Positions 26,221 to 39,184 are shown, counted from the stretch's first letter. The stretch: 64,000 nt of DNA from Eledone cirrhosa (GCA_964016885.1 OZ024759.1:16616001-16680000); one strand, 5' to 3'. Numbers and translations: made by a program. Notes: generated by a model not told the origin, from the sequence alone.

Positions 26221-27404
26221 TTATCGGTAGAGGGTTGGACGCCATGCTTTTTAGCATAGTTATGTCCCTTTACGGTCTGAGATCAAATCCCGCCGAGGTT
26301 AACTTTGCCTTTCATCCTTACGGGGGTCGATAAAATAAAGTACCAGTAATGTACTGGGTAATTGCTGGCCTTGTGCCAAAAGTAGAAACAATTATCATAA
26401 AGAGATGTGGATTGGCAGAGTCGTTAGTGTCGGGGGAAAATGCTTTGCTAAGGTCTACTCTGCCTTTCATCCTGAGGGAGTCGATAAAATAAAGTACCCG
26501 TAATGCTCTGTGGTTGATTTAATCATCTTTCCCTTCTAAACATTGTTGGGCTTGTGCCTAAATTATTTTAATTTTTAAACGTTTTTTTATATTATCTGTT
26601 AAATCATTACAGGGTGTTAAAACTTAATTAACAAGTTTGCGTATGCAACATTATTTGGAGAAAAAATATGACTACATCACTTTAGATATTAAAGTCTTTA
26701 CTTTACTCTAATGTTGCAAATTTCTACAACAATCTGACCACTAGTAAAGTTACTATAAACATTTAAATTAACAAAGCCATTTCAGATATTTTCTGTTAAA
26801 TCATGACAGGACGTTAAGAGTTAAACAGAATTTTAATGCTGAAAAATGTATTTATTTATAAATAAATAAATAAATAAATACATTTTTCAGCATTAAAATT
26901 CTGTTTAATGCTGAAATAAATCTAAATAAATGTGCAATATTTCAGTGAAGGTGTGTAGCTTAGTGGTCATGGTGTTGGTCTCTTGATCAAAAGGTCATGG
27001 GTTTGATTCCCAGACCAAGCAACACGTGTTCTTGAGCAAGTTGCTTAATTTCTTGTTGCTTTTCATAACAAGACTAGGGATCTCCCTAGCATTTAAACCG
27101 GCTGTATCCAGCCAGAATTCTCTCACCTCTTTCTGTTCAAACCAGCTGTAACTGGCCGCTCATACTTATGTTAAGTTATTGTTCTCAAAATAAATAACAC
27201 CAAAATCTCATAGATTCGATATTATGAGATAATTATGAGATGAAGCCTTTACCATGAAAATACAATAGTAAATATAGAGTAATGTAAATGCTAAAGGGTT
27301 AAAACAGCTGAGAAACCCTGTAGGAAGCCAGCTAAACCTACCTATATATGTGTGACCAGTAAATTTCATTTTAAAAAAATTCTTTTTTCATTTCGATATT
27401 TCAG

Positions 27405-27483
27405 ATTGAACATTTGAAGCAATGCTCAGAAATTGCCACTACACGTGCTAACAATTGGCAGCTGTTTTGCCAGAAGGAAACTG
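27405..27483 (+). CDS. UBR4: UBR4 exon 21
   Basis: IEHLKQCSEIATTRANNWQLFCQKET; ttcag / gtaagg. Confidence 0.94.
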
Positions 27484-28096
27484 GTAAGGATCTTTAATAT
27501 ACTTTTCATAGTTTTTATAATAATGATAATGAAATGATTGTGTACAGTGTACAAATGTCAGGAAAATTGCTGGCTGGATGCTCTTCCTATCACCAACCAC
27601 TTTACAGTGTGCACTGGGTGCATTGTATTGTGCCAGCAACATTATAGAGGTTGTCTGACAGAGCTGAAGTGTCTTCTCTACCCTGTGTCAAATTTTATTC
27701 TGAGTGACTGCTGCCCTAGATAAATTGTTTTTACTGTAAGTTACAGAGCTCTCATCTATCCCATACAGTCTTATTTATTTGGAGGCATTCCCCTCCCTAG
27801 ATGGGCTGTCTTCTCAGTTTATGGAATTTACATCTGCCCTGTGCAGTCTTATTTGGAATGATTGCTCCTCAGAGATGGGCTGTCTTCTTCTTGGTTTATG
27901 GAATTCACATTCACCCTGTGCAGTCTTATTTCGAATGACTGCCTTCTCCTTGGTCTATGGAGTCTACATCCATCCCATATTATGTTTTATAGTTACCCAA
28001 TGAAATTAGTTTTAGCTTTATGTAATGTGATGATGTGTTCTCTGGTGGTTTGAGCAATAAGCATTCATGATGATTGATATATATATATATATATTA

Positions 28097-28316
28097 GAAA
28101 TTAGAAATTATAAGCTTTCACCGTATTTTAGACTAAAGAAATTTCTAGCCTGATAGTGGGGTTTATAACCCTCGGAGAAATGGAAAAAGATGAGTGTTGC
28201 CGTACATGGGACGCAACACTCATCTTTTTCCATTTCTCCGAGGGTTATAAACCCCACTATCAGGCTAGAAATTTCTTTAGTCTAAAATACGGTGAAAGCT
28301 TATAATTTCTAATTTC
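28097..28316. repeat. Perfect 104-bp inverted repeat with 12-nt loop
   Basis: Arms 28097-28200 and 28213-28316 are reverse complements; element flanked by (TA)n. Confidence 0.95.
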
Positions 28317-28373
28317 AAATTCGCGCACCGTTTCAAAAACATACTTACATGTTTACATTTATAATTTGCTTGT

Positions 28374-28412
<39 letters not shown>

Positions 28413-28693
28413 CACACACATATTCACACACACACATGACAGACTTCCATACAGTTTCCATCTGCCAAATTTCATTCATAAATCATTAGTTAACCCAAGG
28501 CTAAGATAGAAAACACTTGCTCAAGGTGCCGCACAGTAGGACTGAATCCGAAACCTTTTAATTACAAAACAAACTCCTTAACCACACAGCCATCCCTCTA
28601 CCATGTGAACTTAACTTCTAAAAAAAAAAGAAAGAAAAAAAAACAATGCAGACAGTAATAACTTTTTAAAATTCTCTCCTCGTTTCTTTGCAG

Positions 28694-28882
28694 ATATCCT
28701 TGTGTTTTTGATGAAAGCAAGCATCATGCTTGATGAAGGTGTTGCCCCTGTCTTGCTACAGCTGCTCCAGTCAGCTGTGTGTGGCTCAAAGATAACTCAG
28801 CTAACAGGTTCAAGTTCTAACAGCTGTGGATCTCCGACTAAACGCAAGAAAGAAAAAGATTCTGTAACTAATATGAATACAG
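28694..28882 (+). CDS. UBR4: UBR4 exon 22
   Basis: ILVFLMKASIMLDEGVAPVLLQLLQSAVCGSK.. Confidence 0.94.
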
Positions 28883-29628
28883 GTAAGTGGTCGCTTGCCG
28901 AAGTCGGGATAAAAATACACCCAGTGGTGGAGTATTCCTTGACAAAAAGCTCCCAGTCCACCCTGTAAGGTGGTAGTGCCGCAATCACATTCAAATGCTC
29001 TCACTGGTTGAGTATTTTGTGACAAAAAGCACCCAGTCAATCCTGTCTGTAAGCTGGTTGTGATAGAGCCATGATAAAAATGTACCCAGTTGTTGAGTAT
29101 TCCTTGACAAAAAGCACCCACTTCACCCTGTAAGGTGGTAGTGCCAGAGTCACAATCAAATGCTCCTACTGGTGGAACTGTAACATCAACAAGATGTAGG
29201 ATTTTGATAGGATTACAGCCCCCTATCATTAAAACACCCCAAAAACCTCCTTTGAGATACAACCTTGCATGCAGTCAGCTAAACCTACATAGGTGTGAGC
29301 TGTAACAACATGATGAGACTTGGGTTTCATTAAAACACCCAAGAAGCCTCTAGTGTGATATACAACATTGTAGGAAGCCAGCTAAACCTGTATTCTCTAT
29401 ATGTGTGAGCTGTAACAACAACATGATAAAATGTGGCCCTTATCATTAAAACAAGCAAAAAACCTATGAGATATAACCTAATAGGGCATCAGCTAAACCT
29501 GCCAATGTGTAAGCTGTAAAAACATGTTAGTCAATTAATGCAATGAAAAGTTTCTTAACAGAAGAGCTGCCTTCATGGCAGGGTTTGTGCTAATGGTTCT
29601 ATAAATTTGTACAATATATCTCTGACAG

Positions 29629-29821
29629 ATGTTAATGAGGATAATAGCCAACGCCAATTCCAGCAGCAGATGGATGAGCAGCTCTGCTATGACCTGGTGC
29701 AACAACTTAACCAAACGGTGGATCAAACCCTCCTTACCAAGTTTGTGCGCTCCTTTCTCTTAGAGTCCAACTCAACCAGCTGTCGCTGGCAAGCACATTC
29801 TCTTATTCTGCAGATTTACAG
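29629..29821 (+). CDS. UBR4: UBR4 exon 23
   Basis: ..EQLCYDLVQQLN..FVRSFLLESNSTSCRWQAHSLILQIYR. Confidence 0.93.
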
Positions 29822-29930
29822 GTCTGTATTGTTTTTTATATTATCTTGTATTTATATATACACACACAAATATTACACATTGATTTATTAACTCCTTAAC
29901 ATCCTGTACTATCCTAAGTTCCTTTTAGAA

Positions 29931-30268
29931 TTCCATGTATCTAACACCCATGGGCATGCCTACAAAGTCAGAAAACAACACAGCTCCCATGACTTACGGA
30001 AACATTTTTTCATGCTCAGAGTTGCTGAAGCATGGAACAAACTACCTGCATCAGTTGTTAGCTGCCAGGACACTGCATCCTTCAAAACTTCCATGCTTCC
30101 TGATATTCCCCCTCCATACACACGCACACATGTATCTGTGTGTATATCATGACTCATACACTGTTCACTTTCCTGACACTTGTACATTATTCGATGTACT
30201 ATACATGCACCTTTGATGAGTTGTAGTGCACCTGAGCACTGTACACAATAATTTCATTATTATTATTA
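29931..30268 (+). mobile_element. Shorter copy of the same CR1 3' end
   Basis: Matches ~25577-25868. Confidence 0.85.
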
Positions 30269-31285
30269 TATAAAACCACATTAGCAAGACATTTTTGAGA
30301 AGTACTAAACAGCATAATGGCTGCATCACATTGAAAAATGAAGTCTTTACTCTAATACTGTAAATTTTCACAACAATGTGTCCTACTAGTAGTCTGTCCA
30401 TACATTCATTAAAAATACAAAGAGGGCATTATAACCTCATTAGGAAGACAGTCTTGAGAAATACAAAGCAGCGCAATGATGGCGTCACATTAATATCTAA
30501 AGTCTTCACTTTAATACTGTAAATGTTCATCAAAATCTGCCCACTGGTAAAGAATACTATAAACATTTGAATTGATAAAACTCTTTTTAGATATTTTCTG
30601 CTAAATCTTCACAAGATTATTTTTAGTATAATTAACTGCATTTAAAAATTAGTTAGTTGCAGTTCCATTCTGGAGATTGGTTATGACTGTTTGTTTGTAA
30701 ATCATATATATATATATAGTAATAGTATATGCAAAGACCAAATATCTATATATAAATCTGAATTTTTTAAATATTAATAATAATATTTGAGTCGTTTGCA
30801 GTTATGCAAACAGCCTCTTAAGCAATGTGAGGAGAATGACCACGTCGTTCTTACTTTTGTGTTGGCATCTAAACAGAACGGCAGACACTAATGTTTAAGA
30901 GCGATAAAACTATTTGTTTTATATATATATAGTAATAGTATATACAAAAGACTATATATATATCTGTCGAGCATATATTATTTTAAAATGTTGAAAGGTT
31001 TAAGCAAACAAATTCTGCTCTCGCCCATTTTCAGGATCTTTTTAAACTGAAAGATTCTTCAATTAATTCTTTTATATAAGTTTCAGAAGATCCCCTTAAG
31101 GGTGAAAGTAGCGATTCTTTGCTTAAACTTTAATCTGTTATTTTAATAAATATATATATATATATATAAAACATTTTTGATATATATGTATATATAATAA
31201 CATACATTTCGTAGTTTAATCCTATATCACTGTGTTATTTACATTACTTACTTAAGATTTCTTAATCTATATAATTTTGATTTAG

Positions 31286-31433
31286 AAACTCTACAATTGA
31301 CCAGCAACAAAGTTTGTTAGAATTACTGTGGAGTTTATGGAAAGAATTACCTCTCTATGGTCGCAAAGCTGCTCAATTTGTTGATCTTCTTGGTTTCTTT
31401 GTGCTGAAAACAAGTCAAAAGTCTGACAAAAAG
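31286..31433 (+). CDS. UBR4: UBR4 exon 24
   Basis: LLELLWSLWKELPLYGRKAAQFVDLLGFFVLKT. Confidence 0.95.
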
Positions 31434-33070
31434 GTTATTTTATTTTAATAAATATGTTTGACCTTTTTATAAAAACCCACCCGCTCACCCAAAACTACCT
31501 CTGGTTCTATGAAACAAATTAACCCATTTTAAAAGATTTGTATTTAAATTAAATTCTTTCAATATAATTTCATATAACAATTGTGTTGGTGACACGACAA
31601 AAAGAACCCAGTACTCACTGTAAATGTGGTTGGCATTAGCAAGGGCATCCAGCTGTAGAAACCAAGCTGAAATCAGTTCTGTATGAGCAAGACACGGTCA
31701 TCTGATCTGGCTTGTCTCACAACTGGACCACACGTCTAACCCATCTTAGTGTGGAAAAATGGACATTAAACAGTCGTGGTGGTGATGAATGATGATGGAT
31801 CATATGTTAAGTTACCAACTTAATAACTGTTTCTACTTTTGGAAGAAGGCCAGCATACCATCTGGGACTAAGTTAGGATACATTAAGTCATGAACAGTGT
31901 TAGTTCCACTGATGGCCTTTACAGCAGCCGAGTGATGTAAACCACAGGAATGGGAAATAAGATCACTTGCTGGAGGAGAAAAAACAACAGGAGGCCGCCT
32001 AGAAGTCATGACCTGGGTAGACTCGGCTCCCTTATAGTGTTAGAAGGAATCAAGGGATGAACATTTGCTTGATGGGAGTTCATCCTCTGCTGTCCACTGG
32101 CCCCATCGTGAGTTTCCGCCTTTTAATAATTAAATAATTCATAATTTTACTAAATCCCTCAAAATTCTTCATTAATTATTTGAAATACACTATATTTGAA
32201 TTAATTAATTAATGAAGAATTTTTAGGCATTTACGAAAAATCCTTAATTATTTAATTATTAAGGTGGTATTTGTAACATAACTTAACAAGGTACTTACAT
32301 TGGATTATGCTGGAAGATTCAAATTTAGATAAAAATGAGTTGTTTTGTTTCATAAAACCAGAGGTGGTTTAGGTGGTTTGTTATCAAAAGGGTTAATGGT
32401 GTATTTGTGGGTTTTTTTTACCTTCCTTTTAGATATTTCAGATATTCAAATTATTTCAGCTTATATAATCCACTAGGCAAAGCTGAAGATTCTGCTGTAT
32501 TTGTTCTGGTTCTCTACACTGAGTTCAAATTGTGTTGTCGTCAACTTTGCCTCTCATCTTTGCTAGGTTGATAAAGTGTCTTGCTCAAGGACACAAGACC
32601 TTACTGGGAATTAAACTCATGATGATGAAATGATATATATACACACACACAATAGGCTTTCACTCAGTTTCTCTCTTCCAAATTTCACTTGCAATTCATT
32701 GTGCAACTTGAGGCTGCACTAGAAGACACTTGCCCAAGGTGCCACACAGTGAAATTTAACTTTAACCCTTTAGCATTTACATTACTCTAAATTTGCTATT
32801 GTATTTTTGTGGTTAAGGCTTTATCTCACATAATACTGAATCTACGAGATTTTGATATTATTTATTTTGAGAAACAATACCTTAACGTCAGTATGAGTGG
32901 CCAGTTATAGCTGGTTTAAATGCTAAAGGGTTAAATGATGTGGTTACGAGGTAAACTACTTAACCACACAGCCCATACCTGATAGAATTTGTTGATAAAA
33001 TTTAACGAGGAATTTGTTTTCATAATAAAAAATGATTGTCTTTTTTGTGAAGTTTTTTTCTTTTCTACAG

Positions 33071-33156
33071 ATCCAAGAATACTTAGAAAAAGCAGTATCT
33101 GTTCTCAAAGAAGAAAATCAGATATTGGCCAACCATCCAAATGCAACAATTTACAA
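33071..33156 (+). CDS. UBR4: UBR4 exon 25
   Basis: IQEYLEKAVSVLKEENQILANHPNATIY. Confidence 0.94.
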
Positions 33157-33268
33157 GTAAGACTTAGTGAATTTTTTTCATTTATGTTCTAAAATGTTCT
33201 CATTCATATCAAGAAGCCAGTGTTCTCTATCTATAGTAGTGTTGTCTAGCCTTCTGTCTGTATATCTT

Positions 33269-33340
<72 letters not shown>

Positions 33341-33684
33341 AACAACGCAGTACAGTGATGAAATATATTAGTTTAACACTTGGTATATTTACCACTCAGT
33401 AAAGTGGTAGCACTGATGCCATAATAAAATACTCCCAGTCCACTCTGTAAAGTGGTTGGTGTTAGGAAGATCATTCAGCTTTAGAAACCATGCCAACACA
33501 GAAGAATGAAAAAATATATTAGTTTAATGCTTGATATGATAGGAAAGGAGTCTTAACGTTTTGGACACTAGTCTTTCATCAGAAGATAGAATGAGGAATA
33601 AAAGATGAAGTAGAAAGATAGAGAGAAGAGGAAGGAATGGGAAAAAAGTTTTTGAGAAAAAAACATGTTTGTATTCAGTTGGTC

Positions 33685-33718
<34 letters not shown>

Positions 33719-33927
33719 CAGAATAGATGCAGTAAAAACCAGTTAGACCATTACTCCCCAGAGTACTCAATACTTGGGGTAGTAGAGTGGGTAATATGAA
33801 AAATTTGGGATCCTGACAGCTGAGCTCCTGTCGTTTCAACAGCTAGATCTAACTGTTGAAATGGCATCCCCCTGAACAACTGTATATAACCAACACGTAA
33901 TCTCTAATGAATGTTTCTCTATTCCAG

Positions 33928-34015
33928 TATGTTACAAGGCTTGGTGGATTTTGACGGCTATTATCTAGAGAGTGATCCATGTCTTGTCTGCAATAATCCG
34001 GAAGTTCCTTTTGCA
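33928..34015 (+). CDS. UBR4: UBR4 exon 26
   Basis: [29 protein letters not shown]. Confidence 0.95.
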
Positions 34016-34415
34016 GTAGGTGGACCTTTTTTCTGTTTTAAATTAAATAAGATTAAACATACATACATACATCATCACCATCATCATTTTACGTCCGCTT
34101 CCCCCTGCTTGCAAGGGTTGGACAAAACTGAAAAAGGTTACATGTACCTCTTGATCAGGATTGAACCCAAGACCAGGATCTCCACCATCTCTAGTACTTA
34201 CTGCTAGGCCACAGAGACAACTACATACATACATACACACATATATATATATATATAAAAGCAAAAATAAATGGAGGAGAAGGCAATACATTTAAAAACA
34301 AAATTTACTCCTTACACAGTGTTTCATCAAGGCATAATATCAATATGACAGGTCTATATATATGTGCGTATGCATACATATTATAAAGATTGTGTTCTAT
34401 ATATATATATTTGTG

Positions 34416-34457
<42 letters not shown>

Positions 34458-34929
34458 GCTGCTTAATCTTCATATGAGGGACAAAACTCTAGTGAGTGAA
34501 CATCGTTAAATTTTCTCCCTCATATCAAGGATTTGAAGACTATTCATTATTCACCTGATGAGATCAGTGATAATCGATCATGACTACACGATCGATCTAT
34601 CTCTTATTTAAACATATGTTGTGATTAAAATGATGGGAAATTTATACCATGCCTTTGGATCTTTATTTTGATAAAAATACTCCGTTTTACATCATCTAGC
34701 TGTTCCCGTAAATGGAATTGGAGATATACAAAAGCGTGGAGAACTTAATATTGCTAACAAAAGTTTATTGGACCGTATGACACCCCCCATAATACACCTT
34801 ACTATATAGCAACTATATATATATATATATATAGCTAGTAAATAGTGCTTTCAGCATATTTGATTAAGTGAATTAGTCTATTAATTGGAATTTAAAAAAA
34901 TCCTCAGAATGGAAAAAAGGGATGAGCCT

Positions 34930-34993
34930 TGACATATGTGGGACATGAACCCACATCTTTGGTTTGCCAGACCAATGCGCTACCATTTACACC
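34930..34993 (-). pseudogene. 5'-truncated tRNA-like sequence (GGC anticodon), probable SINE head
   Basis: Minus strand: GTGTAAATGGTAGCGC A TTGGT CTGGCAA ACCAA AGAT GTGGG TTCATGT CCCAC; the acceptor 5' strand is missing. Confidence 0.6.
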
Positions 34994-35201
34994 GGTAGCA
35001 CATTGGTCTACCAGCTATTTTTCAAATCTTCCCTGTTTATAAACAAAGCCTACTTTGTAGCTTTATAAATACAATATATGTTTTACTTTGCGGGGGTCAT
35101 GCTGCCAATAAAAACACATGCACCTGTTGGTTTTCACTTCAATTTATTATAAACTTCCAGTCAGTGAATTTAATAACTGGATGGTTGTTTATTTGTTTAC
35201 T

Positions 35202-35244
35202 GACAAAGCTTTTTCGTCATACATTCTGTGACCTCCTCAGTGAC
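35202..35244 (-). ncRNA. Hammerhead motif, paralog of 57249 (weakened stems)
   Basis: Minus strand: gtca CTGAGGA ggtcac..atgac GAAA aagc TT tgtc. Confidence 0.5.
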
Positions 35245-36015
35245 TAATTTATTTTGTGCCTCTCCTGTGTTCTGTCCTACATCATCATCTTTTTGTGAGC
35301 TGTATACATGCATATATGTATGTGTGTGTGTTAAACAGGTCCTATTTATCTTGAAGAGAGCATGAAGTCGCAATAAAGATCAACAGACTTGGGTCCCTAA
35401 CTGAAGCTGTGAGAATATATATGTAAAAAAACACATCTTTAACCCTTTAACATTTAAACTGGCCGTATCCAACCAGAATTCTCTCACCTCTTTCTGTTCA
35501 AATTGGCCATAACTGGCCACTCATACTTATGTTATAGTATTATTCACAAAATAAATAATATCAAAATCTCAGAGATTCGATATTAGGTAAGACATTTGTG
35601 TATTATTCTATGTACTATATTGACGAGTTGTAGTGCACCTGAGCACTTTACACAATAATTTCATTATTATTATTATGGGAAATAAAGCCTTTACCATGAA
35701 AATACAATAGTCATTATAGAGTAATATAAATGCTAAAGGGTTAATGTATGTAAACATGTAGAGATGTCTTATCTATGTAGTTCTCTACACATTGAAACTA
35801 TGAATAAGAAATATCTCTCTAAGGGTTATTTACCCAATTTTTTCAACTATTAGTTATTATGATTGACTGTTATTATAGCTATTTTCTGCTTTTGTTAATG
35901 TGAGAATCCCATTTTCGAATTGCATACACTCCTTGTGCTTCAATAATTCATACGGTTTAAATATTTTAAATTTATTATTTTAAAAAGGAAATAATTTTCA
36001 TTTTGTCTGTTTTAG

Positions 36016-36144
36016 AACCTGAAGCTATCAGCTATTAAAGTTGATTCCAAATTCACTACGACTACTCAAATTGTCAAATTGGTTGGCAGTCACACTATAT
36101 CAAAGATCTCACTTAGGATAAGTGACCTGAAAAGAACCAAAATG
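36016..36144 (+). CDS. UBR4: UBR4 exon 27
   Basis: [43 protein letters not shown]. Confidence 0.95.
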
Positions 36145-36407
36145 GTAATCTAATTTTCTTTTTATTATGTTTTCACACACACATTCTTATATACACACAA
36201 GACAAGACAATTGATCTTTTGACTGCAAATAAGATAAAATATGTTACAAACCAATGTGTTACAACTGAAAAGAAGAGATAGAACCGAGGGTCCAGCATAT
36301 TAATTAGCCAAGATACACTAACTTGTACATTCACATTCACTTATATATATAATTGGATTTTAGTCTTCAAATTTATTATTATTACTATATATATATATAT
36401 ATATATA

Positions 36408-36594
36408 TATTTAATTATGTAATAAACAACACAATATAATTATTCCATTACCCAAGGTTTCATGAAGTCGGCCAATTCTAACAGAAAAGTCTGAATCCGT
36501 TCATCAGATAGAAATCTTTATTAGAATCGGCTGACTTCGTGAAACCTTGGGTAATGGAATAATTATAGTGTGTTGTTTATTACATAATTAAATA
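36408..36594. repeat. ~74-bp imperfect inverted repeat; a perfect 23-bp hairpin follows at 36609-36656
   Basis: Reverse-complement arms read directly from the sequence. Confidence 0.92.
36444..36513 (-). ncRNA. Hammerhead motif inside a fold-back element
   Basis: Minus strand: ttctat CTGATGA [imperfect long stem II] GAAAC c ttg g GTA atggaa. Confidence 0.5.
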
Positions 36595-36844
36595 GCTCTA
36601 TACTATACATAGAGCGCCCGTGATGTTTGCTAGAGCAAACATCACGGGCGCTCTATCTCAAAATTATTTTTGAAAAGGATTAGAAATGCGCAACCGGTAA
36701 AACTTAAAACCAAAACTGAATACTAACCAATACTATTACTAATTTTTACTTATTCCTAATTAAACTATTTTTCACTGGGAACAATTTGTCACCATTTTCT
36801 TTTCCTTTTACCAATATATCATAACTCGTGTGTTACACCTCTAT

Positions 36845-36927
<83 letters not shown>

Positions 36928-37379
36928 CGGGTCTCGAATAATGTCCCTCTTCCCCCCGTGCTTATTAGTTTTTCAGATTCTTTCCAACCTCCCCACTCTT
37001 ATTCCATGCCCCATTCCCACCCCATCTCACCCCACCCACTAATTAAATTTTGCTAATCTATCTCTGGTGAAATTTTATTTTAAGTGGTAGCATTCCTCCA
37101 ACAATTAGTTTTCTTTATACATTAAAACATTATGCATGACAAAAAAATGTCCATTACTAGAAATCCCATATGTTATAAAATAAATAGAATGGGTTGGGGG
37201 GGGGTCTCAATATGTAAACTAAACGACTAATTCTGGTTTTTAAAAGATCAATGGAGACAACCTAGAAAAATGTCCCCTCCCTTATTTGGGACCCAAGAGT
37301 ATTTCCATACAACTGTCTTAGATTTATATGTCACATTATCTAGAAATGTCTTTTCATTAATTATTTCATGTTTTTGTAG

Positions 37380-37444
37380 GTGCGTGTAATGAATATCTAT
37401 TACAACAACAGGTCTGTGCAGGCTGTAGTAGAGTTGAAAAACAA
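37380..37444 (+). CDS. UBR4: UBR4 exon 28
   Basis: VRVMNIYYNNRSVQAVVELKN. Confidence 0.94.
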
Positions 37445-37521
37445 GTAAATATATTCTATATTCATATACATACATATATATATATATATATTCTGTATTT
37501 GTGTGTTGTTGTTATTGTTGT

Positions 37522-37740
37522 TCATCATCACCACCGCCATCACCATCACCCCAGTCATTGTCACCACTAATGATCGTCATCACCATCACCACCGCCATCA
37601 TCATCATCACCATCACCTCCGCCATCATCACCATCATCACCATCATCATCATCATCACCACCACCGCCATCATCATCATCATCACCACCGCCATCATCAC
37701 CATCATGACTATCACCACCACCATCATCATTATCACCATA
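37522..37740. repeat. (CAT/CAC)n microsatellite
   Basis: Read directly from the sequence. Confidence 0.95.
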
Positions 37741-38547
37741 TCCCAGTTAATATTAATTTTTCTATTATTTTCATTTCTTTCATTATCACTGTTTTATGTC
37801 TATTTCCATGCCTGCATGGGTTAGACAGGTTGTCATGCTCTGAAGTTTCAACCTATCTAACCCTTCTGTTTCTTCTTTTCTTCTCCCACTTATTCCTGAG
37901 TGAGTCGTGGAGGCAGAGACCTCAAACACTCCCTCCAGTGGGTCCTCTCAGAAGCAACCGTCTCCAACTGATCTGGCTGGATCCCCAAGCATGACCAGCC
38001 AAGCTTATGGATGCTATCCAACCATCTTGCTTGGGGTTCTGCCCCTGGGTATCCTACCTACTAGTTTTGCCCATAAAATCTGTCCAGCAATTCTTTCCTG
38101 AGACATTCTAACCACATGCCCGTAGTATCAGAGCTGTGATCTCGCAATTCGGAGAGGTTGCGGCTCTACCTGGAGTCACTCTCTCATCTCCGAGCTGACC
38201 CATTTCTGTAAATTCATAAATTAAACAACACAACTCTAGTGTAATTATTTCATTAACGAATCTTTATTATCAATATTAGTTTACTCAGCTGTAGAAATGA
38301 GATGATAGGGTTTGAGGTCCCTATCATTCCACTGCAAAGTGGTCGTGGAGGTGCCACGGCAAAAAAGCACCCAGCACTCACTGTAAATGAGGTTGGTGTT
38401 AGGAAGGGCATCCAGCTGTAGAAATCAAGCCAGAATCAGTTCCCGTCCCACCCTTGCAAGCAGGGAAATGATGATGATGATGATTATTATTAGTTATTAA
38501 AATTTGTTTTCATGATTTGAAAGCTATCATTCCAATTTTGATTTCAG

Positions 38548-38608
38548 GCCTGGTTTATGGCATAAAGCTCGTAGAGTTACACTTGGGAATGGACAGACTG
38601 ATGTTAAA
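38548..38608 (+). CDS. UBR4: UBR4 exon 29
   Basis: PGLWHKARRVTLGNGQTDVK. Confidence 0.94.
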
Positions 38609-38671
38609 GTAAGTATTTCAGACTTTCATTTGTATTAACTTAGATTGTGTATGAAGCAGCTGATGATTATA

Positions 38672-39161
38672 CTGTATTTCTTCGGAATATAAGATGCACC
38701 GGAATATTGGACACACTCTAAATTTAACATGAATATCCAGGAAAAATAAAATTAAGGGGAATCAACACTATTAATGCTATTAAAATTTTAATCACTTTCA
38801 AATCTTATAAAGTTATGACTACTGTCATCCTCATTGATTTCCTGGCTGTCACCCTCGTCTAGTTCCTGAGATTCATTATTTTCTTCAGATTCCCCGGGGT
38901 CATCGCTATTCTCAGAATCACTTGTGTCGCTATCATTATATAGAAAATTATCTCCGGTGTCATCTGTGGCGTTGCTGATGTTTTGAAACCTTTTATAACT
39001 GTCTCGGTTTTCATAGCACCCCAATATTTCCTACGTTTTAGTTATAACATTTTTACATACGGTAATTACCCCAAATCTGACCATCGCCTTATAAGATACA
39101 CAGTGATTTTGAGGGTCTAATTTAGCAGGGAAAAGTGCGTCCGATGTTTCAAAAAATACGG
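38672..39161 (-). mobile_element. Tc1/mariner-like non-autonomous DNA transposon
   Basis: TA-flanked imperfect TIRs ctgtatttcttcggaatataagatgcac / gtgcgtccgatgtttcaaaaaatacgg; acidic ORF remnant 38788-39024 (-). Confidence 0.65.
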
Positions 39162-39184
39162 TATATATATATATATATATATAT

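Noticed and set aside
30780-30826. Minus-strand CTTAAGA..CAAA around a hairpin
   Set aside because: Two core mismatches; too degenerate to call
37501-37994. Poly-His and poly-Ile ORFs
   Set aside because: Translations of a (CAT/CAC)n microsatellite
38788-39024. Acidic 78-aa ORF as an independent gene
   Set aside because: Lies inside a TIR-bounded transposon relic; likely a transposase tail remnant
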